From contig PLLJ01000034.1 in assembly GCA_003140935.1 (NCBI GenBank), positions 79,505 through 143,504 of the forward strand: DNA of 64,000 bases. The letters run 5' to 3'. Below, in pieces: positions 9,950 to 19,138 of this stretch. Numbering within the stretch: position 1 is the stretch's first letter; each line of letters begins with the position of its first letter. The DNA comes from Candidatus Omnitrophota bacterium. Its GTDB lineage: Bacteria; Omnitrophota; Omnitrophia; Omnitrophales; Aquincolibacteriaceae. The translations under genes and the position numbers were made by a program. The notes beneath the pieces are model-generated. The model did not search any database and was not told the origin of the DNA. It worked only from the letters and a program-made list of their open reading frames with translations.

Positions 9950-11242
9950 TCAAACCTTGAGAAGCCGGTGAAAATGGTCCGTAAAGGCAGGGTAAGAAGT
10001 CGCGATACATGCTGTGTCTGTCACCGTGATCGTCCCCTTCGCGGCGAGGCTTGCCACGCCCATGCTCATTGCCGTCCGGTGATCCCCGAAACTTTCGACG
10101 GTTGCACTATGGAATCTCTCCACGCCCCGGATCAGAGAACCGTCCGGAAGTTCCTCGATCAATGCCCCAATAGCCTTGAGATTCCGGACCATGGATTGAA
10201 TGCGATCGGTTTCTTTGACGCGTAGCTCTGCCGCTCCCGAAATAAGACTTTCTCCTTCTGCGAGCGCCATCGCAACCATCAAAACAGGCAATTCGTCGAT
10301 CAGGGACGGGATTTCTTCATGCGTAATCCCAGTACCTTTTAGCTTCGCGCCCCACACACGGATCGTCCCCATCGGTTCAGGGACCGTCTGCGTGATCTGT
10401 GTTTCAACCCTTGCGCCCATACGTTTCAGAACTTCAAGAAACCCGGTACGCGTGGGATTGAGTCCCACGTCCTGAACGGTCACTTCAGCCCCCGGGGTCA
10501 TCGCGGCACCCACGATAAAAAAAGCGGCGGATGAAATATCGCCCGCAATACACGCATGGATCGGCAAAAGCATTTCCGTCTTTTCGATGATAAGATGGTT
10601 GCCGATCTTTTGGAAACGTGCACCGGTCGCCTCAAGAAAGCGCTCCGTATGATCCCGCGACGGAATCGCTTCACGGACGATCGTCCTTCCCTCGGCGTAC
10701 ATCCCCGCGAAAAGAAGCGCGGACTTGACCTGCGCACTCGAAAGCTTGTTATCGAAATCAATCCCGCGAAGTTTACCGCCGCGGATCGTAAGCGGCGCAA
10801 AGTTGCCGTTGTCTTTGCCTTTGATCTGCGCGCCCATCTGTTTCAAAGGATCGGTCACGCGGCGCATCGGCCGGACCGAAAGAGACGGATCTCCTGCCAA
10901 CACGGCTTCGAAGCGCTGACCCGCCAGGATCCCCAATAAAAGTCTCAAGGAAGTTCCGGAATTTCCGAGATAAAGTTCCTGCCCCGGAGCGGAAAGCTTA
11001 TGAAGCCCCTTCCCCGATATCCGGACCTTGCCCGTTCCTTTTTCATGCTGGATCTGAACGCCCATCCGGCGCATCGCTTCCAGGGTGTGAAGACAATCCC
11101 CGGCTTCCAGGAAATTCTCATAAACGCTCTCCCCTTCGGCTAAAGCACCGAAAAGGACCGCTCGGTGGGAAATGGACTTATCTCCGGGAGGGGCATAGGT
11201 CCCGCAAAACCGGCCGGGTCCTGTGAACGAAAGAGAAGGCAT
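9950..11242 (-). CDS. aroA: 3-phosphoshikimate 1-carboxyvinyltransferase (EPSP synthase)
   Basis: PGDKSISHRAVLFGALAEG, the AroA counterpart of LPGSKSxSNRALLLAA, and about 430 aa. Start adjusted to MPSLSF. Confidence 0.8.
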   Translation of the reverse strand: MPSLSFTGPGRFCGTYAPPGDKSISHRAVLFGALAEGESVYENFLEAGDCLHTLEAMRRMGVQIQHEKGTGKVRISGKGLHKLSAPGQELYLGNSGTSLRLLLGILAGQRFEAVLAGDPSLSVRPMRRVTDPLKQMGAQIKGKDNGNFAPLTIRGGKLRGIDFDNKLSSAQVKSALLFAGMYAEGRTIVREAIPSRDHTERFLEATGARFQKIGNHLIIEKTEMLLPIHACIAGDISSAAFFIVGAAMTPGAEVTVQDVGLNPTRTGFLEVLKRMGARVETQITQTVPEPMGTIRVWGAKLKGTGITHEEIPSLIDELPVLMVAMALAEGESLISGAAELRVKETDRIQSMVRNLKAIGALIEELPDGSLIRGVERFHSATVESFGDHRTAMSMGVASLAAKGTITVTDTACIATSYPAFTDHFHRLLKV

Positions 11243-11250
11243 GAAAAAAG

Positions 11251-11472
11251 TTATTTCCGGTGGACCCAAATTTTAACGATCGCGAGCTCTTCGAGGATCT
11301 TATTTTCTTTGGCGATAATGTCGTCTTGCTTTTTCTCGAGGGCTGTCAAACGGGTCTTGATATCGCTCAGATCACTTTTAGTTTGTTCTTCGAGGGCAAA
11401 AGCTCGTGAGGCAAACAGGATTCCGCCCAACAACAGGCATAGGAAAAAGAGCTTAAGCCTTGCGGATCTCAT
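11251..11472 (-). CDS. small membrane-anchored coiled-coil protein (FtsB/DivIC-like?)
   Basis: About 73 aa from MRSARLK: signal-anchor helix followed by the heptad-rich LEEQTKSDLSDIKTRLTALEKKQDDIIAKENKILEEL. The longer ORF-track version overlaps the upstream gene. Confidence 0.35.
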   Translation of the reverse strand: MRSARLKLFFLCLLLGGILFASRAFALEEQTKSDLSDIKTRLTALEKKQDDIIAKENKILEELAIVKIWVHRK

Positions 11473-12370
11473 CGCCTTCAATAACCTGCTGCTTGGGATT
11501 TTCTGACATAAGAGTGGCCGCGGAAAATTTATCATAGAGTTTTTCGATCTGGACCGTTGCGATCTCCTGACCCTGTCTGAGGACCTTCAGCTTGTCCCCC
11601 ATCTTGAGTCCTTCTTGAAGTCCTTGGTTGATAACCACAAAATTAAATTTCCGGTTCACTGTGAGGACTTTGGGACCTGTCGTTGCTGCTGCCGAAGTCA
11701 ATTGCGTTGGCGGTGTGGACGTGGCCACCGGATTCGCGGCAGGAGAAGATTCCGGTCCTTGTGAAACCTTTTGAACGCCCGGAGCCACAGAGGGCGGCAC
11801 AGCGGCCATTCCGGACGCCTTTCCTGCTGGAGTGACCGGTTTAAAAACAAGCGGTGGAGGTCCAACTGTGGAAACGGCCGGTGTTGAAGCCGATGCGTTT
11901 GTGACAGGTTGGGCCGAAACTAAGGTGTTCGTTCTCAAATCTGCGGGAGTCACCCCGCAAGCCGCTTGAGCATCTTTAGCCTTTTGTTCAAGCTCCTGCA
12001 TCTTTGTCTGGAGCTCTGCGATCACTCTTTGCCGCTCTTCAAGCTGGTTTGCGAGTGCGGCTTTTTCGGATGCGGCCTGTTGCTGCTCGGTCTGAAGTTT
12101 TCCAACTTGGGTCTGCATAGCCTCGGCCTGGGCCCGAAATTTTTCGCTCTCGGCCGCGGCCTGCTCTTTTTCAGCCTTGATCTTTTCTTTCTCGGACTGG
12201 ACCGTGATTATTCTTTCTCTAACCTGATCGTACTTGGCCTCAACAACGCCCCGGACAGTACGCGCTTCAACCCAGCCTTGATATAAATAATAAGAGCCGG
12301 CAGCAGCGGCAACGGAAAGGAGAAACGCCAAAATAATCCCGATCTTCCCCATAAGAGTCCCTCTTCTCAC
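11453..12370 (-). CDS. membrane-anchored coiled-coil protein with Pro/Ala/Thr-rich linker and C-terminal globular domain (hypothetical)
   Basis: N-terminal TM (IGIILAFLLSVAAAAG), about 110 aa of Q/E/A-rich coiled coil, a low-complexity PAST linker, and a conserved-looking C-terminal 70 aa (NFVVINQGLQEGLKMGDKLKVL...). Confidence 0.45.
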   Translation of the reverse strand: MRRGTLMGKIGIILAFLLSVAAAAGSYYLYQGWVEARTVRGVVEAKYDQVRERIITVQSEKEKIKAEKEQAAAESEKFRAQAEAMQTQVGKLQTEQQQAASEKAALANQLEERQRVIAELQTKMQELEQKAKDAQAACGVTPADLRTNTLVSAQPVTNASASTPAVSTVGPPPLVFKPVTPAGKASGMAAVPPSVAPGVQKVSQGPESSPAANPVATSTPPTQLTSAAATTGPKVLTVNRKFNFVVINQGLQEGLKMGDKLKVLRQGQEIATVQIEKLYDKFSAATLMSENPKQQVIEGDEIRKA

Positions 12371-12440
12371 TGATCGCTTGAATGATTGTTTAAAGAAAAA
12401 AACAAAATTTCAAACACCGCCCCTCACGAAGGGCTCGTTC

Positions 12441-12486
12441 TCAGGCCGGAGAGGGTCCGGAAGTTTTGCTTCCGGGCCCTCTCCGC
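12441..12486 (-). terminator. strong inverted repeat, possible terminator after the SWIB gene
   Basis: GGCCGGAGAGGGTCCGGAAG-tttg-CTTCCGGGCCCTCTCCGCC: a 19-bp near-perfect stem about 70 nt downstream of the SWIB stop. The T-rich tract on the minus strand is displaced by about 30 nt, so terminator function is uncertain. Confidence 0.35.
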
Positions 12487-12558
12487 CCATCCGACTTTTA
12501 CATGAACCCCATCCTCCGCCCTACAGCAAAGAACAGAGCGATGAAAAACGAAAGAGGC

Positions 12559-12813
12559 CTAAGAAAGGTGCTTGCTGACGAGTTTGGTCATCTCGAACAT
12601 ATTGACGACCGCCTTGCCGCCGAACACAGCCTTGAGCGAGGCATCCGCGTTGATGTTGCGCTTGTTCGCCTGATCCTGGAGCTTATTCTTCTTGATGTAT
12701 TCCCAAAGCTTTTTCACGACTTCACTGCGAGGCATCGGCCCCTTACCGACCACCACCGCAAGTTCTGCACTTACATTCATCGGTTTCATAAACGCTGCGT
12801 TTGCTTTCGCCAT
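12559..12813 (-). CDS. SWIB/MDM2 domain-containing protein
   Basis: 84 aa: KPMNVSAELAVVVGKGPMPRSEVVKKLWEYIKKNKLQD matches the SWIB domain consensus (P..S.EL.. P.sR.eVvK.lWeYIK..nLQD). Confidence 0.75.
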   Translation of the reverse strand: MAKANAAFMKPMNVSAELAVVVGKGPMPRSEVVKKLWEYIKKNKLQDQANKRNINADASLKAVFGGKAVVNMFEMTKLVSKHLS

Positions 12814-12944
12814 AATGCTTTCTCCTTTTAGTTTGAACCGAGTTCCCGCATCCGACGTCCCGGACCCGCGCCCACGGCCTTTGCTGGGTTAGTATCATAC
12901 AATACAGTTTCAAAGACAACAATAAAGCTTTTCTTTTTTTGTGA

Positions 12945-13011
12945 GTCCCAATTCCAATCAATTTCATCGAAGATGAAATTGGGGCAATCCTTGTCACCCT
13001 TTTAAAAAAAG
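12945..13011 (+). repeat. REP/MITE-like hairpin element, copy 2
   Basis: GTCCCAATTccaatCAATTTCATCgaaGATGAAATTGGGGCAatcCTTGTCACCcTTTTAAAAAAAG: a perfect 10-bp inner stem CAATTTCATC/GATGAAATTG. Confidence 0.6.
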
Positions 13012-13033
13012 AACGCCGGACAAGGATAGAAGA

Positions 13034-13492
13034 TTATTTCGGCTTCGCCAGCAGAGACTTAAGCTCTTTCATGAAATGGCCCACATCCTGAAAATCACGA
13101 TAGACACTGGCAAAACGCACATAAGCCACCTGATCGATCTTTGCGAGATGCTGCATGATGAACTCCCCGATGACCCGGGACGGAACCTCGCGGTCATACT
13201 TTTCACGGATCGTGGTTTCCAGATCATCCGCGACTTTCTCTTGAGCCGCAAGCGGAACGGGACGCTTCTCGCAAGCCTTGTACACCCCGGCGAGGACCTT
13301 GGAACGCTCATAGGCCTCGCGACGATGGTCTTTTTTCACCACGAACATCGGGATCTCCTCGACCCGCTCATAAGTGGTAAATCGCTTACTGCAAGCCGTG
13401 CACTCGCGCCGCCTGCGAACCACCTCCCCTTCGTTCGCCCCGCGCGAATCGATCACTTTGTCAGAATCCTGTTTGCAGAAGGGACAACGCAT
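13034..13492 (-). CDS. nrdR: transcriptional repressor NrdR
   Basis: MRCPFCK...C..C Zn-ribbon followed by an ATP-cone (EEIPMFVVKKDHRREAYERSKVLAGVYKA). Confidence 0.85.
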   Translation of the reverse strand: MRCPFCKQDSDKVIDSRGANEGEVVRRRRECTACSKRFTTYERVEEIPMFVVKKDHRREAYERSKVLAGVYKACEKRPVPLAAQEKVADDLETTIREKYDREVPSRVIGEFIMQHLAKIDQVAYVRFASVYRDFQDVGHFMKELKSLLAKPK

Positions 13493-13507
13493 GCGTTCTC
13501 TTTTCTT

Positions 13508-14770
13508 TTATTGAAGTTCCGGATAAAGCGGAAACTTTTGGGTCAAAGCTTCGACCCGCGAAAGAACTTTCGCAAGATTCGCTTCTTCGCCGGGAGCCTT
13601 GAGCGTTTCATCGATGAGCTCGGCAATGAGCTCCATTTCCTTTTCTTTCATCCCGCGCGTGGTCACGGCAGGCGTTCCCAAGCGAACCCCGGACCCTTTA
13701 AAAGGCGATTCTTTGTCGAACGGGATCATGTTCTTATTTACCGTGATCTTTACCTTGTCCAAAAGCTCCTGGACCTGCTTTCCGTTAAAACCCTTCACCG
13801 TCACGTCCACGAGCATAAGATGATTGTCCGTACCGCCGGAGACGATCCTCCAGCCGCGCGCGGCCATTGAGCTCGCAAGTGTCTTGGCGTTTTTCACGAT
13901 TTGAGCGCTGTATTCTTTGAATTCCGGGCTCGAGGCTTCTTTCAACGCCACCGCCTTGGCCGCGATCACATGCATGAGCGGACCCCCTTGAATCCCCGGA
14001 AACACGGCGGAATCGATCGCTTTCGCATATTTCTCTTTGCAAAGGATCAGGCCTGCGCGAGGACCGCGAAGGGTTTTGTGCGTCGTCGTGGTCACAACAT
14101 CCGCGTAGGGCACGGGACTGGGGTGATGCCCCGTGGCCACAAGACCTGCGAAGTGCGCCATATCCACCATCAGAAGCGCCCCGACCTGGTCGGCAATTTT
14201 CCGTCCTCGTTCAAAATCAATGATCCGCGGATACGCCGACGCACCCAAAAGGATCATTTTAGGCTTATGCTCTTTGGCTAAATGCTCCAAGGCGTCATAA
14301 TCGATCCTCTCATCCTTCGGGCTGACGCCGTACGGAATGATCGTATAAAATTTCCCGGAATAATTCATTTTATGGCCATGAGACAAATGGCCGCCATGCG
14401 TCAGGTCCATCCCCAGGATCTTATCCCCCGGCTTCAAGAGCGCCATGAAGACCGCGATATTAGCCGAGGTCCCGCTATGGGGCTGGACATTCGCGTGCTC
14501 GGCCCCGAAAAGCTGCTTCGCGCGATCGATCGCAAGTTGTTCGACCACATCCATATTTTCGCAGCCCCCGTACCAACGCTTAGCCGGATATCCTTCGGCG
14601 TATTTGTTCGTCAAGACCGATCCCATCGCCTCGAGGACGGAAAGCGAAGCGAAATTCTCGCTCGCGATCAGTTCGATATTCTCATTCTGCCGGCGAACTT
14701 CCGCACGAATCGCGTTATAAATATCCGGATCGGTTCTCTTAAGCTGCGTTTGATCGATGATGCTTTTTTT
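13508..14770 (-). CDS. glyA: serine hydroxymethyltransferase
   Basis: [12 protein letters not shown], the PLP-lysine region [14 protein letters not shown], and about 420 aa from MKKSIIDQ. The ORF-track start 14818 is an N-terminal over-extension. Confidence 0.9.
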   Translation of the reverse strand, partial: KKSIIDQTQLKRTDPDIYNAIRAEVRRQNENIELIASENFASLSVLEAMGSVLTNKYAEGYPAKRWYGGCENMDVVEQLAIDRAKQLFGAEHANVQPHSGTSANIAVFMALLKPGDKILGMDLTHGGHLSHGHKMNYSGKFYTIIPYGVSPKDERIDYDALEHLAKEHKPKMILLGASAYPRIIDFERGRKIADQVGALLMVDMAHFAGLVATGHHPSPVPYADVVTTTTHKTLRGPRAGLILCKEKYAKAIDSAVFPGIQGGPLMHVIAAKAVALKEASSPEFKEYSAQIVKNAKTLASSMAARGWRIVSGGTDNHLMLVDVTVKGFNGKQVQELLDKVKITVNKNMIPFDKESPFKGSGVRLGTPAVTTRGMKEKEMELIAELIDETLKAPGEEANLAKVLSRVEALTQKFPLYPELQ

Positions 14771-15209
14771 CATAAGCCTTGATTTTGTTAACACGGACCT
14801 CATGTCGTCCCCTTTCAAATGGTGTGTTGAGCCAGGTATCTACGAGCGGAAGGATAATATCTTGCGGCAAAAACCCCGAGCCGAGGATCAGCATATTGGA
14901 ATCATTATGCCCCCGGGAAAGGCGCGCTTGTTCGATATTTTGGCAAAGCGCCGCGCGAACGCCATCGACCTTGTTGGCCGCGATCGTGCTCCCGATCCCG
15001 GTGTAACAGATTCCGATCCCACGTTGGCATTCTTTGCTGGCCACCTTCTCGGCCGCGGCGATAATAAAATCCGGATAATCACAGGACTCGTCGGTAAAGG
15101 CGCCGCAGTCAATCACCTCGAAATGTTTGTTCTTGAGAAAATCGATCAGCGCGTTCTTCAATTGAATGCCGCGGTGATCGGCAGCGATCGCAATCTTGGG
15201 TTTCATCAT
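14739..15209 (-). CDS. rpiB: ribose-5-phosphate isomerase B
   Basis: [10 protein letters not shown]...[13 protein letters not shown]... is the RpiB/LacAB family signature. 156 aa. Confidence 0.8.
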   Translation of the reverse strand: MMKPKIAIAADHRGIQLKNALIDFLKNKHFEVIDCGAFTDESCDYPDFIIAAAEKVASKECQRGIGICYTGIGSTIAANKVDGVRAALCQNIEQARLSRGHNDSNMLILGSGFLPQDIILPLVDTWLNTPFERGRHEVRVNKIKAYEKKHHRSNAA

Positions 15210-15220
15210 GGTTTCCGCCT

Positions 15221-16294
15221 TTAAGGTTGATCCAACCGGAGTATCTTGTCCATATATTGTTTCATTTTCGATTCGATATCAAGTAAGGTCTTCTCGTAAA
15301 CCTGCATGCTCATCCCGATGGGATCTTCCACATTCAACGTGATCATCTTTTCCTTCGCCGAAGGCAACATATCCGCCATGGCTTCTGCGTGCTGCGTCGA
15401 CATCGCGAGAACAAGATCCGAACTCCACAGATCCCCTTTCCGACAACGGTGGCTGCGAAATCCGCTGAGATCTATCTCACGATTGCGCATCACAAGCTCC
15501 GCTTCGGGTGTGCACGGGAGGCCGTCCCGCGCGCTCGTCCCACAGGAAATGACTTCGATCTCGGAAGACAATCCCCTTTTTTCGATCTCGTGTTTAAGCC
15601 ATCCTTCCGCCATCGGTGAACGGCAGGAATTTCCGGTGCAAATGATCAAAATACGTTTGCGCGGGCATTTGCCTGAGACGATTCTTTCAACAGCCTTTTC
15701 CACATCCGTGCCTTGTGCGCCTTTGCGAAGAATGACCGGGATCTCTCCCGTAAGATCCACCACCGTCGAATCAAGCATCAGCTCGGTCTTACCGCCATCG
15801 ATCAGCTGATCGAAAGCACCCTGCAACTCCTCGATCACGTGATGCGCCGTGTGAGGCGAGGGTTTTCCGCTCCTATTCGCGCTGCTCGCAATAAGCGGTT
15901 CGCCAACTTCCTGGATCAAAGCAAGCGCGATCCTGCTCCTTGGGAACCGGATCCCGATCTTTTGACCGGCAGTGTCTAAGACCACCAAGGTCACCGGACC
16001 CGGCCAAAACTGCCGGGCCATCGTGCGGACAAGCGGTGTTTTTTTGACCTTGAGTGCATCGAGCATCACCCAATCGCCGACATGATAGGCAAAGGGTTTT
16101 TTGTCCGAACGCTCCTTGATCTCACGAAGACGCTTTTCGACCCCCGGAGCGCTCATCATCCCGCCGATCCCATAAACCGTTTCCGTGGGGAACACAATAA
16201 CCTTGCCCTCTTTACAGGCATGTGCCACTTCCCGGACACGCGCCATATCCGGATCGTGACTATCGATCTTGATCACTCCAGGCGTTACCATCAC
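15221..16294 (-). CDS. tsaC: L-threonylcarbamoyladenylate synthase (TsaC/YrdC domain) fused to low-molecular-weight protein tyrosine/arginine phosphatase
   Basis: N-terminal half has KGKVIVFPTETVYGIGG (YrdC/Sua5). C-terminal half has CTGNSCRSPMAEG (LMW-PTP CX5R P-loop) and a DP-containing loop. Confidence 0.75.
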   Translation of the reverse strand: MMVTPGVIKIDSHDPDMARVREVAHACKEGKVIVFPTETVYGIGGMMSAPGVEKRLREIKERSDKKPFAYHVGDWVMLDALKVKKTPLVRTMARQFWPGPVTLVVLDTAGQKIGIRFPRSRIALALIQEVGEPLIASSANRSGKPSPHTAHHVIEELQGAFDQLIDGGKTELMLDSTVVDLTGEIPVILRKGAQGTDVEKAVERIVSGKCPRKRILIICTGNSCRSPMAEGWLKHEIEKRGLSSEIEVISCGTSARDGLPCTPEAELVMRNREIDLSGFRSHRCRKGDLWSSDLVLAMSTQHAEAMADMLPSAKEKMITLNVEDPIGMSMQVYEKTLLDIESKMKQYMDKILRLDQP

Positions 16295-16326
16295 GATGCG
16301 TCAGACCCCCTGCATGTTATTGCGAC

Positions 16327-16830
16327 CTATTTGCGGAGTTTCTCTTGCAACTTTTTGTTCTTTTCCCGGCTGCTTTCCACCAAAGCATTTTTATATTTCC
16401 TGAGTTTCTCCGCCAATTTCGCGTCCGAAAGAGCCAGGATCTGCACCGCCAAAAGACCGGCATTGCGTGCGCCGGGTTTCCCCACCGCCACCGTTGCCAC
16501 CGGAACCCCGGCCGGCATCTGGACTGTCGCTAAAAGCGCGTCCAAACCATTCATTTGGGTCGCTGCCAGTGGCACCCCGATCACCGGTAAGATCGTATTC
16601 GCGGCCACAGCCCCGGCCAAATGCGCGGCTCCGCCCGCCCCGGCCACAATGACCTTGAGACCCTTTTGCGTCGCTTGGGTCGCGAAATCTGCGACCAGGA
16701 TCGGTGTACGGTGTGCCGAAAGCACCTGCATCTCAAAGCTCACCCCGAACTCTTTGAGCACCTCCGCACATTCCTGCATCACTTCCAGATCCGAGTCACT
16801 TCCCATCACGATCGAAACAAGTTCGTTCAT
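16327..16830 (-). CDS. purE: 5-(carboxyamino)imidazole ribonucleotide mutase / AIR carboxylase catalytic subunit
   Basis: VSIVMGSDSDLEVM...AGGAAHLAG. Start taken at MNELVS. Confidence 0.85.
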   Translation of the reverse strand: MNELVSIVMGSDSDLEVMQECAEVLKEFGVSFEMQVLSAHRTPILVADFATQATQKGLKVIVAGAGGAAHLAGAVAANTILPVIGVPLAATQMNGLDALLATVQMPAGVPVATVAVGKPGARNAGLLAVQILALSDAKLAEKLRKYKNALVESSREKNKKLQEKLRK

Positions 16831-18122
16831 CGCAACACCTCTATGGCCTTCTGGCCGATGTCCCGGCGGCAAAAGCCGCCTTCGAAATTGATTTGTGTGA
16901 TCACTTGATAAACACGTTCATTGGCGGACTTGAGCGTATCACCCCAAGCCGTCACGGCCAGGACACGTCCTCCGGCTGTCACGATCTCTTTTTGTGCGTT
17001 AAATGCCGTACCGGCATGAAAAATCGCCACGTCCTGCTGACCCTTCACAGTCTCAAGCCCCCGGATCGGAAAACCTTTTGCGTAGGAACCCGGATACCCG
17101 CCCGATGCCATCACGACCGTAATGCATGCCTTGTCATACCATTCAAGGCTTTGAGTTTCCAGACATCCGTTGGCGATCTGCACCATCACAGGGAGAAGAT
17201 CGGAACGCAGCCGTGGCAGGATCACCTCGGTTTCAGGGTCTCCGAACCGGCAATTGTACTCCAGCACGAACGGCCCTTCTTTGGTCATCATAATCCCCGC
17301 ATAAAGAACGCCCCGGTAAGGCATCCCGTCCCGGGCCAATCCCTCAAGGATCGGACGCACCGTGATATCGATGATCCCCGCGATCTCGGACTCCGGAATC
17401 TTCATACTCGGCGAAAAGGCGCCCATGCCGCCCGTATTCGGACCCCGGTCGTGGTCATACACCCGCTTATGGTCACGGGCGCTCGCGAGAGGAATGATCT
17501 TCTTTCCATCCGTCAGCACGAGAATGGAAAGCTCTTCACCTTCAAGTTTTTTTTCGATGATGACCTTGGAGCCGGCTTCCCCGAAATGTTTTTCTTCCAT
17601 CATTTGAGTCAACGTCGCGACCGCCTGCCCGGAACTTTCGCAGATCACCACGCCCTTGCCCGCCGCGAGCCCGTCCGCCTTGATCACCACCGGCATGTCG
17701 GCCTCGATCACATAATGCTTGGCTTCTTTCACGTGCGTAAAAATCTCGTAGGCAGCCGTGGGCACGCCGAATTTCGTCATGATCTCTTTGGAAAAAGCCT
17801 TGCTTCCTTCAAGAAGCGCCGTTTCTTTGGACGGACCAAAGAGCAGCAATCCATTTTCACGGAACACATCCCCGATCCCCGCCACCAAAGGGACTTCGGG
17901 ACCCACCACGGTCAGATCGATCTTTTCACGGATCGCAAATTTCAGAAGTCCGTTGATGTCATCCGAGGCGATGGGAACGCATTCCGCGTGCTGGCTGATC
18001 CCGGCATTTCCCGGAGCCGCATAAAGCTTTGCAAGGAGCGGACTCTGCGCGATCTTCCACGCGAGCGCGTGTTCCCTGCCTCCCGAACCCACCAAAAGGA
18101 CTTTGATCCCGACGGCATTCAC
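16827..18122 (-). CDS. purD: phosphoribosylamine-glycine ligase
   Basis: MNAVGIKVLLVGSGGREHALAWK, an ATP-grasp fold, 431 aa. Confidence 0.9.
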   Translation of the reverse strand: MNAVGIKVLLVGSGGREHALAWKIAQSPLLAKLYAAPGNAGISQHAECVPIASDDINGLLKFAIREKIDLTVVGPEVPLVAGIGDVFRENGLLLFGPSKETALLEGSKAFSKEIMTKFGVPTAAYEIFTHVKEAKHYVIEADMPVVIKADGLAAGKGVVICESSGQAVATLTQMMEEKHFGEAGSKVIIEKKLEGEELSILVLTDGKKIIPLASARDHKRVYDHDRGPNTGGMGAFSPSMKIPESEIAGIIDITVRPILEGLARDGMPYRGVLYAGIMMTKEGPFVLEYNCRFGDPETEVILPRLRSDLLPVMVQIANGCLETQSLEWYDKACITVVMASGGYPGSYAKGFPIRGLETVKGQQDVAIFHAGTAFNAQKEIVTAGGRVLAVTAWGDTLKSANERVYQVITQINFEGGFCRRDIGQKAIEVLR

Positions 18123-19138
18123 GCGACGGTCACCCCGCTTGAGCGGACGATCTTTCCGATCGCCCAGGAATTTAATTTAAAATTCTTTAAAACTTTTTGA
18201 GCAGAACGGACATGACGTTTTTCAAGGATCACCACCATCCCGACGCCCATATTGAAGGTCTTATACATTTCATGGGCCGAGATGCCGCCGGCTTTTTGTG
18301 CAACACGGAAGATCTCGGGAACTTTCCATGAGTTACGGGCAATGCATGCGCCCAAGCTTTTCGGGATCACGCGAGGCAGATTGTCATAAAAACCGCCTCC
18401 GGTGATATTGACGATGCCTTTCACCGGTATTTTTTTCACAAGTGCCAGGACCGGCTGTACGTAAATGAAGGTCGGCGTCAAAAGTTTCCGTCCTACGGAA
18501 CCTTTCAGTTCTTTTTCGGAAAAGATCTTTCTCAGAAGTGAATATCCGTTCGAATGAAATCCCGAAGACTGAATGCCGAGAATGATATCTCCCGTTTTGA
18601 TCTTTTTTCCCGTCACAACTTTCCTGCGGTCCACCGCGCCGACCGAAAATCCGGCAATGTCATACTGCGCCGCAAGTGTTGTTTTCTTGTCGGTATAAAA
18701 TCCGGGCATAATAGCCGTCTCGCCGCCCACAAGTGCGCAACCCGACTGCCGGCAGCCTTCGGTGACGCCTTTCAGGACCTCGCCGATCACGTCCGTCTGG
18801 AATTTCCCGGAAGCATAATAATCAAGAAAGAAAAGCGGACGCGCGCCGGAGGTAATAAGATCGTTCACGCACATGGCGACAAGGTCGATCCCGATCGTGT
18901 CGTGTTTACCGAGAAGCCGCGCAAGTTCCAGCTTGGTCCCCACGCCATCGGTCGAAGCCACAAGCAAAGGGTCCTTGATCCCTGTCTTCGAAAGGTCGAA
19001 AAGTGAGGCAAATCCGAGTGTGTCTCCGCAAACACCCGGAGTGCGGGTCGAACGTATAAGTCCTGCGATCTTCCGGTTGTACGCGGGATCGCCCTTCAGG
19101 TGCGGCACTCCGGCCTTCTCGTAAGTCCAGGCGCTCAT
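18119..19138 (-). CDS. purM: phosphoribosylformylglycinamidine cyclo-ligase (AIR synthetase)
   Basis: AIRS family, 339 aa; DGVGTK and GGETA motifs. Confidence 0.85.
   Translation of the reverse strand: MSAWTYEKAGVPHLKGDPAYNRKIAGLIRSTRTPGVCGDTLGFASLFDLSKTGIKDPLLVASTDGVGTKLELARLLGKHDTIGIDLVAMCVNDLITSGARPLFFLDYYASGKFQTDVIGEVLKGVTEGCRQSGCALVGGETAIMPGFYTDKKTTLAAQYDIAGFSVGAVDRRKVVTGKKIKTGDIILGIQSSGFHSNGYSLLRKIFSEKELKGSVGRKLLTPTFIYVQPVLALVKKIPVKGIVNITGGGFYDNLPRVIPKSLGACIARNSWKVPEIFRVAQKAGGISAHEMYKTFNMGVGMVVILEKRHVRSAQKVLKNFKLNSWAIGKIVRSSGVTVA

Noticed and set aside
11251-11535. Full 94-aa ORF-track version of the small coiled-coil protein, and the 11165-11506 plus-strand ORF
   Set aside because: The long version overlaps the stop of the upstream 305-aa gene by 80 nt. 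The internal MRSARLK start gives a sensible signal-anchor protein. The plus-strand ORF is antisense to aroA and the coiled-coil genes.
13076-13870. Long plus-strand ORFs (for example 13076-13870, 16893-18200, 22077-22814, 31761-32912, 32931-33815, 33978-34769, 36988-37827) that could be read as genes
   Set aside because: Each lies antisense to a minus-strand gene with clear homology (nrdR/glyA, purD, purL, ligA, metallophosphoesterase, ftsI). Their products are low-complexity and Arg/Pro/Gly-rich, as expected for shadow ORFs in GC-rich coding DNA, and none has start-site support.
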